Shown one piece after another: positions 27,801-40,449 of a stretch of 64,000 nt of DNA (position 1 is its first letter; each line of letters begins with the position of its first letter). A model generated the notes under the pieces. The model saw only the letters and a program-made list of their open reading frames with translations, was not told the origin of the DNA and did not search any database. The stretch comes from Paragordius varius (taxonomy: Eukaryota; Animalia; Nematomorpha), in assembly GCA_964247055.1 (NCBI GenBank), contig OZ176050.1, positions 558,001-622,000 on the forward strand, given 5' to 3'. The position numbers and the translations under genes are program-made.

Positions 27801-30800
27801 AATTATTTTATACGATTTTAAAAATAAAAATGGCTACCTAAAATCCAAATTTGATCAGGTGATGTCACCATAATTTTTTTTGCGTAGCCCTATGGTATTT
27901 CCATCATCACCCCAAATATTTTGGGGATCGGACTATAAATGTAATTTTTTTAAATATTTAAAAAATTTATTTTATACGATTTTAAAAATAAAAATGGCTA
28001 CCTAAAATCCAAATTTGATCAGGTGATGTCACCATAATTTTTTTTGGGTAGCCCTATGGTAGTTCCATCATCACCCCAAATATTGTCGAGATCGGAGTAT
28101 AAATGTAATTTTTTTGAATTTTTTAAATATTTAAAAAATTTATTTTATACGATTTTAAAAATAAAAATGGCTACCTAAAATCCAAATTTGATCAGGTGAT
28201 GTCACCATAATTTTTTTTGCGTAGCCCTATGGTAGTTCCATCATCACCCCAAATATTTTGGGGATCGGACTATAAATGTAATTTTTATGAATTTTTTAAA
28301 TATTTAAAAAATTTATTTTATACGATTTTAAAAATAAAAATGGCTACCTAAAATCCAAATTTGATCAGGTGATGTCGCCATAATTTTTTTTGGGTAGCCC
28401 TATGGTAGTTCCATCATCACCCCAAATATTTTGGGGATCGGACTATAAATGTAATTTTTATGAATTTTTTAAATATTTAAAAAATTTATTTTATACGATT
28501 TTAAAAATAAAAATGGCTACCTAAAATCCAAATTTGATCAGGTGATGTCACCATAATTTTTTTTGGGTAGCCCTATGGTAGTTTCATCATCACCCCAAAT
28601 ATTTTGGGGATCGGACTATAAATGTAATTTTTATGAATTTTTTAAATATTTAAAAAATTTATTTTATACGATTTTAAAAATAAAAATGGCTACCTAAAAT
28701 CCAAATTTGATCAGGTGATGTCACCATAATTTTTTTTGGGTAGCCCTATGGTAGTTCCATCATCACCCCAAATATTTTCGAGATCGGAGTATAAATGTAA
28801 TTTTTATGAATTTTTTAAATATTTAAAAAATTTATTTTATACTTTAAAAATAAAAATGGCTACCTAAAATCCAAATTTGATCAGGTGATGTCACCATAAT
28901 TTTTTTTAAGTAGCCCTATGGTAGTTCCATCATCACCCCAAATATTGTCGAGATCGGAGTATAAATGTAATTTTTTTGAATTATTTAAATATTTAAAAAA
29001 TTTATTTTATACGATTTTAAAAATAAAAATGGCTACCTAAAATCCAAATTTGATCAGGTGATGTCACCATAATTTTTTTTGGGTAGCCCTATGGTAGTTC
29101 CATCATCACCCCAAATATTTTCGAGATCGGAGTATAAATGTAATTTTTATGAATTTTTTAAATATTTAAAAAATTTATTTTATACGATATTAAAAATAAA
29201 AATGGCTACCTAAAATCCAAATTTGATCAGGTAATGTCGCCATAATTTTTTTTGGGTAGCCCTATAGTAGTTCCATCATCACCCCAAATATTTTCGAGAT
29301 CGGAGTATAAATGTAATTTTTATGAATTTTTTAAATATTTAAAAAATTTATTTTATACGATTTTAAAAAAAAAATGGCTACCTAAAATCCAAATTTGATC
29401 AGGTGATGTCACTATAATTTTTTTTGGGTAGCCCTATGGTAGTTCCATCATCACCCCAAATATTTTCGAGATCGAAGTATAAATGTAATTTTTATGAATT
29501 TTTTAAATATTTAAAAAATTTATTTTATACGATTTTAAAAATAAAAATGGCTACCTAAAATCCAAATTTGATCAGGTGATGTCGCTATAATTTATTATGG
29601 GTAGCCCTATGGTAGTTCCATCATCACCCCAAATATTTTGGGGATCGGACTATAAATGTAATTTTTATGAATTTTTTAAATATTTAAAAAATTTATTTTA
29701 TACGATTTTAAAAATAAAAATGGCTACCTAAAATCCAAATTTGATCAGGTGATGTCACCATAATTTTTTTTGGGTAGCCCTATGGTAGTTCCATCATCAC
29801 CCCAAATATTGTCGAGATCGGAGTATAAATGTAATTTCTATGAATTTTTTAAATATTTAAAAAATTTATTTTATACGATTTTAAAAATAAAAATGGCTAT
29901 CTAAAATCCCAATTTGATCAGGTGATGTCGCCATAATTTTTTTTGGGTAGCCCTATGGTAGTTCCATCATCACATCAAATATTTTCGAGATCGGAGTATA
30001 AATGTAATTTTTATAAATTTATACGATTTTAAAAATAAAAATGGCTACCTAAAATCCAAATTTGATCAGGTGATGTCACTATAATTTTTTTGGGTAGCCC
30101 TATGGTAGTTCCATCATCACCCCAAATATTTTGGGGATCGGACTATAAATGTAATTTTTATGAATTTTTTAAATATTTAAAAAATTTATTTTATACGATA
30201 TTAAAAATAAAAATGGCTACCTAAAATCCAAATTTGATCAGGTAATGTCGCCATAATTTTTTTTGGGTAGCCCTATAGTAGTTCCATCATCACCCCAAAT
30301 ATTTTCGAGATCGGAGTATAAATGTAATTTTTATGAATTTTTTAAATATTTAAAAAATTTATTTTATACGATTTTAAAAAAAAAATGGCTACCTAAAATC
30401 CAAATTTGATCAGGTGATGTCACTATAATTTTTTTTGGGTAGCCCTATGGTAGTTCCATCATCACCCCAAATATTTTCGAGATCGAAGTATAAATGTAAT
30501 TTTTATGAATTTTTTAAATATTTAAAAAATTTATTTTATACGATTTTAAAAATAAAAATGGCTATCTAAAATCCAAATTTGATCAGGTGATGTCGCTATA
30601 ATTTATTATGGGTAGCCCTATGGTAGTTCCATCATCACCCCAAATATTTTGGGGATCGGACTATAAATGTAATTTTTATGAATTTTTTAAATATTAAAAA
30701 AATTTATTTTATACGATTTTAAAAATAAAAATGGCTACCTAAAATCCAAATTTGATCAGGTGATGTCACCATAATTTTTTTTGGGTAGCCCTATGGTAGT

Positions 30801-33800
30801 TCCATCATCACCCCAAATATTGTCGAGATCGGAGTATAAATGTAATTTCTATGAATTTTTTAAATATTTAAAAAATTTATTTTATACGATTTTAAAAATA
30901 AAAATGGCTATCTAAAATCCCAATTTGATCAGGTGATGTCGCCATAATTTTTTTTGGGTAGCCCTATGGTAGTTCCATCATCACATCAAATATTTTCGAG
31001 ATCGGAGTATAAATGTAATTTTTATAAATTTATACGATTTTAAAAATAAAAATGGCTACCTAAAATCCAAATTTGATCAGGTGATGTCACTATAATTTTT
31101 TTGGGTAGCCCTATGGTAGTTCCATCATCACCCCAAATATTTTGGGGATCGGACTATAAATGTAATTTTTATGAATTTTTTAAATATTTAAAAAATTTAT
31201 TTTATACGATTTTAAAAATAAAAATGGCTACCTAAAATCCAAATTTGATCAGGTGATGTCGCCATAATTTTTTTTGGGTAGCCCTATGGTAGTTCCATCA
31301 TCACCCCAAATATTTTCGAGATCGGAGTATAAATGTAATTTTTATGAATTTTTTAAATATTTAAAAAATTTTGTTTATACGATATTAAAAATAAAAATGG
31401 CTACCTAAAATCCAAATTTGCTCAGGTAATGTCGCCATAATTTTTTTTGGGTAGCCCTATAGTAGTTCCATCATCACCCCAAATATTTTCGAGATCGGAG
31501 TATAAATGTAATTTTTATGAATTTTTTAAATATTTAAAAAATTTATTTTATACGATTTTAAAAAAAAAATGGCTACCTAAAATCCAAATTTGATCAGGTG
31601 ATGTCACTATAATTTTTTTTGGGTAGCCCTATGGTAGTTCCATCATCACCCCAAATATTTTCGAGATCGAAGTATAAATGTAATTTTTATGAATTTTTTA
31701 AATATTTAAAAAATTTATTTTATACGATTTTAAAAATAAAAATGGCTACCTAAAATCCAAATTTGATCAGGTGATGTCGCCATAATTTATTTTGGGTAGC
31801 CCTATGGTAGTTCCATCATCACCCCAAATATTTTGGGGATCGGACTATAAATGTAATTTTTATGAATTTTTTAAATATTTAAAAAATTTATTTTATACGA
31901 TTTTAAAAATAAAAATGGCTACCTAAAATCCAAATTTGATCAGGTGATGTCACCATAATTTTTTTTGGGTAGCCCTATGGTAGTTCCATCATCACCCCAA
32001 ATATTGTCGAGATCGGAGTATAAATGTAATTTTTATGAATTTTTTAAATATTTAAAAAATTTATTTTATACGATTTTAAAAATAAAAATGGCTACCTAAA
32101 ATCCAAATTTGATCAGGTGATGTCACTATAATTTTTTTTGGGTAGCCCTATGGTAGTTCCATCATCACCCCAAATATTTTCGAGATCGGAGTATAAATGT
32201 AATTTTTATGAATTTTTTAAATATTTAAAAAATTTATTTTATACGATTTTAAAAATAAAAATGGCTACCTAAAATCCAAATTTGATCAGGTGATGTCACT
32301 ATAATTTTTATGGGTAGCCCTATGGTAGTTCCATCATCACCCCAAATATTTTGGGGATCGGACTATAAATGTAATTTTTATGAATTTTTTAAATATTTAA
32401 AAAATTTATTTTATACGATTTTAAAAATAAAAATGGCTACCTAAAATCCAAATTTGATCAGGTGATGTCGCCATAATTTTTTTTGGGTAGCCCTATCACC
32501 CCAAATATTTTCGAGATCGGAGTATAAATGTAATTTTTATGAATTTTTTAAATATTTATAAAATTTATTTTATACGATTTTAAAAATAAAAATGGCTACC
32601 TAAAATCCAAATTTGATCAGGTGATGTCGCCATAATTTTTTTTGGGTAGCCCTATAGTAGTTCCATCATCACCCCAAATTTTTTGGGGATCGGAGTATAA
32701 ATATAATTTTTATGAATTTTTTAAATATTTAAAAAATTTATTTTATACGATTTTAAAAATAAAAATGGCTACCTAAAATCCAAATTTGATCAGGTGATGT
32801 CGCCATAATTTTTTTTGGGTAGCCCTATTCCATCATCACCCCAAATATTGTCGAGATCGGAGTATAAATGTAATTTTTATGAATTTTTTAAATATTTAAA
32901 AAATTTATTTTATACGATTTTAAAAATAAAAATGGCTACCTAAAATCCAAATTTGATCAGGTGATGTCACCATAATTTTTTTTGCGTAGCCCTATGGTAG
33001 TTCCATCATCACCCCAAATATTTTCGAGATCGGAGTATAAATGTAATTTTTATGAATTTTTTAAATATTTAAAAAAATTATTTTATACGATTTTAAAAAT
33101 AAAAATGGCTACCTAAAATCCAAATTTGATCAGGTGATGTCACCATAATTTTTTTAGCGTAGCCCTATGGTATTTCCATCATCACCCCAAATATTTTGGG
33201 GATCGGACTATAAATGTAATTTTTTTAAATATTTAAAAAATTTATTTTATACGATTTTAAAAATAAAAATGGCTACCTAAAATCCAAATTTGATCAGGTG
33301 ATGTCACCATAATTTTTTTTGGGTAGCCCTATGGTAGTTCCATCATCACCCCAAATATTGTCGAGATCGGAGTATAAATGTAATTTTTTTGAATTTTTTA
33401 AATATTTAAAAAATTTATTTTATACTATTTTAAAAATAAAAATGGCTACCTAAAATCCAAATTTGATCAGGTGATGTCACCATAATTTTTTTTGCGTAGC
33501 CCTATGGTAGTTCCATCATCACCCCAAATATTTTGGGGATCGGACTATAAATGTAATTTTTATGAATTTTTTAAATATTTAAAAAATTTATTTTATACGA
33601 TTTTAAAAATAAAAATGGCTACCTAAAATCCAAATTTGATCAGGTGATGTCGCCATAATTTTTTTTGGGTAGCCCTATGGTAGTTCCATCATCACCCCAA
33701 ATATTTTGGGGATCGGACTATAAATGTAATTTTTATGAATTTTTTAAATATTTAAAAAATTTATTTTATACGATTTTAAAAATAAAAATGGCTACCTAAA

Positions 33801-36800
33801 ATCCAAATTTGATCAGGTGATGTCACCATAATTTTTTTTGGGTAGCCCTATGGTAGTTTCATCATCACCCCAAATATTTTGGGGATCGGACTATAAATGT
33901 AATTTTTATGAATTTTTTAAATATTTAAAAAATTTATTTTATACGATTTTAAAAATAAAAATGGCTACCTAAAATCCAAATTTGATCAGGTGATGTCACC
34001 ATAATTTTTTTTGGGTAGCCCTATGGTAGTTCCATCATCACCCCAAATATTTTCGAGATCGGAGTATAAATGTAATTTTTATGAATTTTTTAAATATTTA
34101 AAAAATTTATTTTATACTTTAAAAATAAAAATGGCTACCTAAAATCCAAATTTGATCAGGTGATGTCACCATAATTTTTTTTAAGTAGCCCTATGGTAGT
34201 TCCATCATCACCCCAAATATTGTCGAGATCGGAGTATAAATGTAATTTTTTTGAATTATTTAAATATTTAAAAAATTTATTTTATACGATTTTAAAAATA
34301 AAAATGGCTACCTAAAATCCAAATTTGATCAGGTGATGTCACCATAATTTTTTTTGGGTAGCCCTATGGTAGTTCCATCATCACCCCAAATATTTACGAG
34401 ATCGGAGTATAAATGTAATTTTTATGAATTTTTTAAATATTTAAAAAATTTATTTTATACGATATTAAAAATAAAAATGGCTACCTAAAATCCAAATTTG
34501 ATCAGGTAATGTCGCCATAATTTTTTTTGGGTAGCCCTATAGTAGTTCCATCATCACCCCAAATATTTTCGAGATCGGAGTATAAATGTAATTTTTATGA
34601 ATTTTTTAAATATTTAAAAAATTTATTTTATACGATTTTAAAAAAAAAATGGCTACCTAAAATCCAAATTTGATCAGGTGATGTCACTATAATTTTTTTT
34701 GGGTAGCCCTATGGTAGTTCCATCATCACCCCAAATATTTTCGAGATCGAAGTATAAATGTAATTTTTATGAATTTTTTAAATATTTAAAAAATTTATTT
34801 TATACGATTTTAAAAATAAAAATGGCTACCTAAAATCCAAATTTGATCAGGTGATGTCGCTATAATTTATTATGGGTAGCCCTATGGTAGTTCCATCATC
34901 ACCCCAAATATTTTGGGGATCGGACTATAAATGTAATTTTTATGAATTTTATAAATATTTAAAAAATTTATTTTATACGATTTTAAAAATAAAAATGGCT
35001 ACCTAAAATCCAAATTTGATCAGGTGATGTCACCATAATTTTTTTTGGGTAGCCCTATGGTAGTTCCATCATCACCCCAAATATTGTCGAGATCGGAGTA
35101 TAAATGTAATTTCTATGAATTTTTTAAATATTTAAAAAATTTATTTTATACGATTTTAAAAATAAAAATGGCTATCTAAAATCCCAATTTGATCAGGTGA
35201 TGTCGCCATAATTTTTTTTGGGTAGCCCTATGGTAGTTCCATCATCACATCAAATATTTTCGAGATCGGAGTATAAATGTAATTTTTATAAATTTATACG
35301 ATTTTAAAAATAAAAATGGCTACCTAAAATCCAAATTTGATCAGGTGATGTCACTATAATTTTTTTGGGTAGCCCTATGGTAGTTCCATCATCACCCCAA
35401 ATATTTTGGGGATCGGACTATAAATGTAATTTTTATGAATTTTTTAAATATTTAAAAAATTTATTTTATACGATATTAAAAATAAAAATGGCTACCTAAA
35501 ATCCAAATTTGATCAGGTAATGTCGCCATAATTTTTTTTGGGTAGCCCTATAGTAGTTCCATCATCACCCCAAATATTTTCGAGATCGGAGTATAAATGT
35601 AATTTTTATGAATTTTTTAAATATTTAAAAAATTTATTTTATACGATTTTAAAAAAAAAATGGCTACCTAAAATCCAAATTTGATCAGGTGATGTCACTA
35701 TAATTTTTTTTGGGTAGCCCTATGGTAGTTCCATCATCACCCCAAATATTTTCGAGATCGAAGTATAAATGTAATTTTTATGAATTTTTTAAATATTTAA
35801 AAAATTTATTTTATACGATTTTAAAAATAAAAATGGCTACCTAAAATCCAAATTTGATCAGGTGATGTCGCTATAATTTATTATGGGTAGCCCTATGGTA
35901 GTTCCATCATCACCCCAAATATTTTGGGGATCGGACTATAAATGTAATTTTTATGAATTTTTTAAATATTTAAAAAATTTATTTTATACGATTTTAAAAA
36001 TAAAAATGGCTACCTAAAATCCAAATTTGATCAGGTGATGTCACCATAATTTTTTTTGGGTAGCCCTATGGTAGTTCCATCATCACTCCAAATATTGTCG
36101 AGATCGGAGTATAAATGTAATTTCTATGAATTTTTTAAATATTTAAAAAATTTATTTTATACGATTTTAAAAATAAAAATGGCTATCTAAAATCCCAATT
36201 TGATCAGGTGATGTCGCCATAATTTTTTTTGGGTAGCCCTATGGTAGTTCCATCATCACATCAAATATTTTCGAGATCGGAGTATAAATGTAATTTTTAT
36301 AAATTTATACGATTTTAAAAATAAAAATGGCTACCTAAAATCCAAATTTGATCAGGTGATGTCACTATAATTTTTTTGGGTAGCCCTATGGTAGTTCCAT
36401 CATCACCCCAAATATTTTGGGGATCGGACTATAAATGTAATTTTTATGAATTTTTTAAATATTTAAAAAATTTATTTTATACGATTTTAAAAATAAAAAT
36501 GGCTACCTAAAATCCAAATTTGATCAGGTGATGTCGCCATAATTTTTTTTGGGTAGCCCTATGGTAGTTCCATCATCACCCCAAATATTTTCGAGATCGG
36601 AGTATAAATGTAATTTTTATGAATTTTTTAAATATTTAAAAAATTTTGTTTATACGATATTAAAAATAAAAATGGCTACCTAAAATCCAAATTTGATCAG
36701 GTAATGTCGCCATAATTTTTTTTGGGTAGCCCTATAGTAGTTCCATCATCACCCCAAATATTTTCGAGATCGGAGTATAAATGTAATTTTTATGAATTTT

Positions 36801-39800
36801 TTAAATATTTAAAAAATTTATTTTATACGATTTTAAAAAAAAAAATGGCTACCTAAAATCCAAATTTGATCAGGTGATGTCACTATAATTTTTTTTGGGT
36901 AGCGCTATGGTAGTTCCATCATCACCCCAAATATTTTCGAGATCGAAGTATAAATGTAATTTTTATGAATTTTTTATATATTTAAAAAATTTATTTTATA
37001 CGATTTTAAAAATAAAAATGGCTACCTAAAATCCAAATTTGATCAGGTGATGTCGCCATAATTTATTTTGGGTAGCCCTATGGTAGTTCCATCATCACCC
37101 CAAATATTTTGGGGATCGGACTATAAATGTAATTTTTATAAATTTTTTAAATATTTAAAAAATTTATTTTATACGATTTTAAAAATAAAAATGGCTACCT
37201 AAAATCCAAATTTGATCAGGTGATGTCACCATAATTTTTTTTGGGTAGCCCTATGGTAGTTCCATCATCACCCCAAATATTGTCGAGATCGGAGTATAAA
37301 TGTAATTTTTATGAATTTTTTAAATATTTAAAAAATTTATTTTATACGATTTTAAAAATAAAAATGGCTACCTAAAATCCAAATTTGATCAGGTGATGTC
37401 ACTATAATTTTTTTTGGGTAGCCCTATGGTAGTTCCATCATCACCCCAAATATTTTTGGGATCGGACTATAAATGTAATTTTTATGAATTTTTTAAATAT
37501 TTAAATAATTTATTTTATACGATTTTAAAAATAAAAATGGCTACCTAAAATCCAAATTTGATCAGGTGATGTCGCCATAATTTTTTTTGGGTAGCCCTAT
37601 GGTAGTTCCATCATCACCCCAAATATTTTCGAGATCGGAGTATAAATGTAATTTTTATGAATTTTTTAAATATTTAAAAAATTTTGTTTATACGATATTA
37701 AAAATAAAAATGGCTACCTAAAATCCAAATTTGATCAGGTGATGTCACTATAATTTTTTTTGGGTAGCCCTATGGTAGTTCCATCATCACCCCAAATATT
37801 GTCGAGATCGGAGTATAAATGTAATTTTTATGAATTTTTTAAATATTTAAAAAATTTATTTTATACGATTTTAAAAATAAAAATGGCTACCTAAAATCCC
37901 AATTTGATCAGGTGATGTCGCCATAATTTTTTTTGGGTAGCCCTATGGTAGTTCCATCATCACATCAAATATTTTCGAGATCGGAGTATAAATGTAATTT
38001 TTATAAATTTTTTAAATATTTAAAAAATTTATTTTATACGATTTTAAAAATAAAAATGGCTACCTAAAATCCAAATTTGATCAGGTGATGTCACTATAAT
38101 TTTTTTTGGGTAGCCCTATGGTAGTTCCATCATCACCCCAAATATTTTAGGGATCGGACTATAAATGTAATTTTTATGAATTTTTTAAATATTTAAAAAA
38201 TTTATTTTATACGATTTTAAAAATAAAAATGGCTACCTAAAATCCAAATTTGATCAGGTGATGTCACTATAATTTTTTTTGGGTAGCCCTATGGTAGTTC
38301 CATCATCACCCCAAATATTTTCGAGATCGGAGTATAAATGTAATTTTTATGAATTTTTTAAATATTTAAAAAATTTATTTTATACGATTTTAAAAATAAA
38401 AATGGCTACCTAAAATCCAAATTTGATCAGGTGATGTCACTATAATTTTTTTTGGGTAGCCCTATGGTAGTTCCATCATCACCCCAAATATTTTCGAGAT
38501 CGGAGTATAAATGTAATTTTTATGAATTTTTTAAATATTTAAAAAATTTATTTTATACGATTTTAAAAATAAAAATGGCTACCTAAAATCCAAATTTGAT
38601 CAGGTGATGTCACTATAATTTTTATGGGTAGCCCTATGGTAGTTCCATCATCACCCCAAATATTTTGGGGATCGGACTATAAATGTAATTTTTATGAATT
38701 TTTTAAATATTTAAAAAATTTATTTTATACGATTTTAAAAATAAAAATGGCTACCTAAAATCCAAATTTGATCAGGTGATGTCGCCATAATTTTTTTTGG
38801 GTAGCCCTATCACCCCAAATATTTTCGAGATCGGAGTATAAATGTAATTTTTATGAATTTTTTAAATATTTATAAAATTTATTTTATACGATTTTAAAAA
38901 TAAAAATGGCTACCTAAAATCCAAATTTGATCAGGTGATGTCGCCATAATTTTTTTTGGGTAGCCCTATAGTAGTTCCATCATCACCCCAAATTTTTTGG
39001 GGATCGGAGTATAAATATAATTTTTATGAATTTTTTAAATATTTAAAAAATTTATTTTATACGATTTTAAAAATAAAAATGGCTACCTAAAATCCAAATT
39101 TGATCAGGTGATGTCGCCATAATTTTTTTTGGGTAGCCCTATTCCATCATCACCCCAAATATTGTCGAGATCGGAGTATAAATGTAATTTTTATGAATTT
39201 TTTAAATATTTAAAAAATTTATTTTATACGATTTTAAAAATAAAAATGGCTACCTAAAATCCAAATTTGATCAGGTGATGTCACCATAATTTTTTTTGCG
39301 TAGCCCTATGGTAGTTCCATCATCACCCCAAATATTTTCGAGATCGGAGTATAAATGTAATTTTTATGAATTTTTTAAATATTTAAAAAAATTATTTTAT
39401 ACGATTTTAAAAATAAAAATGGCTACCTAAAATCCAAATTTGATCAGGTGATGTCACTATAATTTTTTTAGCGTAGCCCTATGGTATTTCCATCATCACC
39501 CCAAATATTTTGGGGATCGGACTATAAATGTAATTTTTTTAAATATTTAAAAAATTTATTTTATACGATTTTAAAAATAAAAATGGCTACCTAAAATCCA
39601 AATTTGATCAGGTGATGTCACCATAATTTTTTTTAGGTAGCCCTATGGTAGTTCCATCATCACCCCAAATATTGTCGAGATCGGAGTATAAATGTAATTT
39701 TTTTGAATTTTTTAAATATTTAAAAAATTTATTTTATACGATTTTAAAAATAAAAATGGCTACCTAAAATCCAAATTTGATCAGGTGATGTCACCATAAT

Positions 39801-40276
39801 TTTTTTTGCGTAGCCCTATGGTAGTTCCATCATCACACCAAATATTTTGGGGATCGGACTATAAATGTAATTTTTATGAATTTTTTAAATATTTAAAAAA
39901 TTTATTTTATACGATTTTAAAAATAAAAATGGCTACCTAAAATCCAAATTTGATCAGGTGATGTCGCCATAATTTTTTTTGGGTAGCCCTATGGTAGTTC
40001 CATCATCACCCCAAATATTTTGGGGATCGGACTATAAATGTAATTTTTATGAATTTTTTAAATATTTAAAAAATTTATTTTATACGATTTTAAAAATAAA
40101 AATGGCTACCTAAAATCCAAATTTGATCAGGTGATGTCACCATAATTTTTTTTGGGTAGCCCTATGGTAGGTTCATCATCACCCCAAATATTTTGGGGAT
40201 CGGACTATAAATGTAATTTTTATGAATTTTTTAAATATTTAAAAAATTTATTTTATACGATTTTAAAAATAAAAAT

Positions 40277-40449
40277 GGCTACCTAAAATCCAAATTTGAT
40301 CAGGTGATGTCACCATAATTTTTTTTGGGTAGCCCTATGGTAGTTCCATCATCACCCCAAATATTTTCGAGATCGGAGTATAAATGTAATTTTTATGAAT
40401 TTTTTAAATATTTAAAAAATTTATTTTATACGATTTTAAAAATAAAAAT
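40277..40449 (+). repeat. Reference monomer identical to the 173-bp consensus (another exact copy at 50064-50236)
   Basis: Read base by base. 45/173 G+C (26%): positions 1-100 are 40% GC and 101-173 about 7% GC. Contains one BclI (TGATCA), two SspI (AATATT), three DraI (TTTAAA) and one TaqI (TCGA) site. Confidence 0.95.
40398..40421. other. Perfect 24-bp palindrome AATTTTTTAAATATTTAAAAAATT (monomer positions 122-145), present in most monomers
   Basis: The sequence equals its own reverse complement. It extends to 30 bp with one G/T mismatch (ATG...TAT flanks). Confidence 0.95.

Larger units (their letters stand above)
27160..40449. repeat. 31-monomer higher-order repeat (5275 bp): one full copy, a second copy expanded to 6314 bp, and a partial third; contains a nested 1011-bp 6-mer
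   Basis: Offset 5275 at 27160/32435, 28858/34133, 29895/35170 and 30906/36181. The third unit starts at 38749. The nested 6-mer is marked by 148-bp monomers at 29895/30906 and 35170/36181. Confidence 0.85.

Noticed and set aside
40319-40334. Rho-independent terminator (stem plus T8 tract)
   Set aside because: No prokaryotic gene context, and the T-tract is part of the dyad arm rather than following a GC-rich stem. It is treated as satellite dyad symmetry.
40347-40356. CATCATCAC microsatellite or His-codon run
   Set aside because: Only three imperfect units, fixed within the monomer, with no independent length expansion.
40296-40372. Satellite-encoded hammerhead ribozyme (minus strand has CTGATCA and CGAAA), as in newt, schistosome or cricket satellites
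   Set aside because: The core requires CUGANGA; here it is CUGAUCA, lacking G8. The G-C pair closing stem II is missing, and CGAAA lies about 110 nt downstream without a plausible three-stem junction.
40289-40376. Ancient internal subrepeat (CCAAATTTGATCAGG versus CCAAATATTTTCGAGATCGG)
   Set aside because: The similarity is short and gapped in a low-complexity context, and I could not extend it into a convincing half-monomer duplication by eye.
40365-40381. CENP-B box in TTTCGAGATCGGAGT
   Set aside because: The box needs TTCG-N4-A-N2-CGGG. Here CGG follows TTCG after only 4 nt and the CGGG is absent.
40379-40386. TATA box (GTATAAAT) as a promoter
   Set aside because: Such a motif is expected by chance in ~7% GC sequence. 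There is no downstream gene and no transcription evidence in the sequence.
40277-40449. Identity with primate alpha satellite (171 bp), Arabidopsis CEN180 (178 bp) or D. melanogaster 1.688/359-bp satellite
   Set aside because: Only length or AT content is similar; I recognise none of their characteristic sequence motifs. A database search is still needed for other families.
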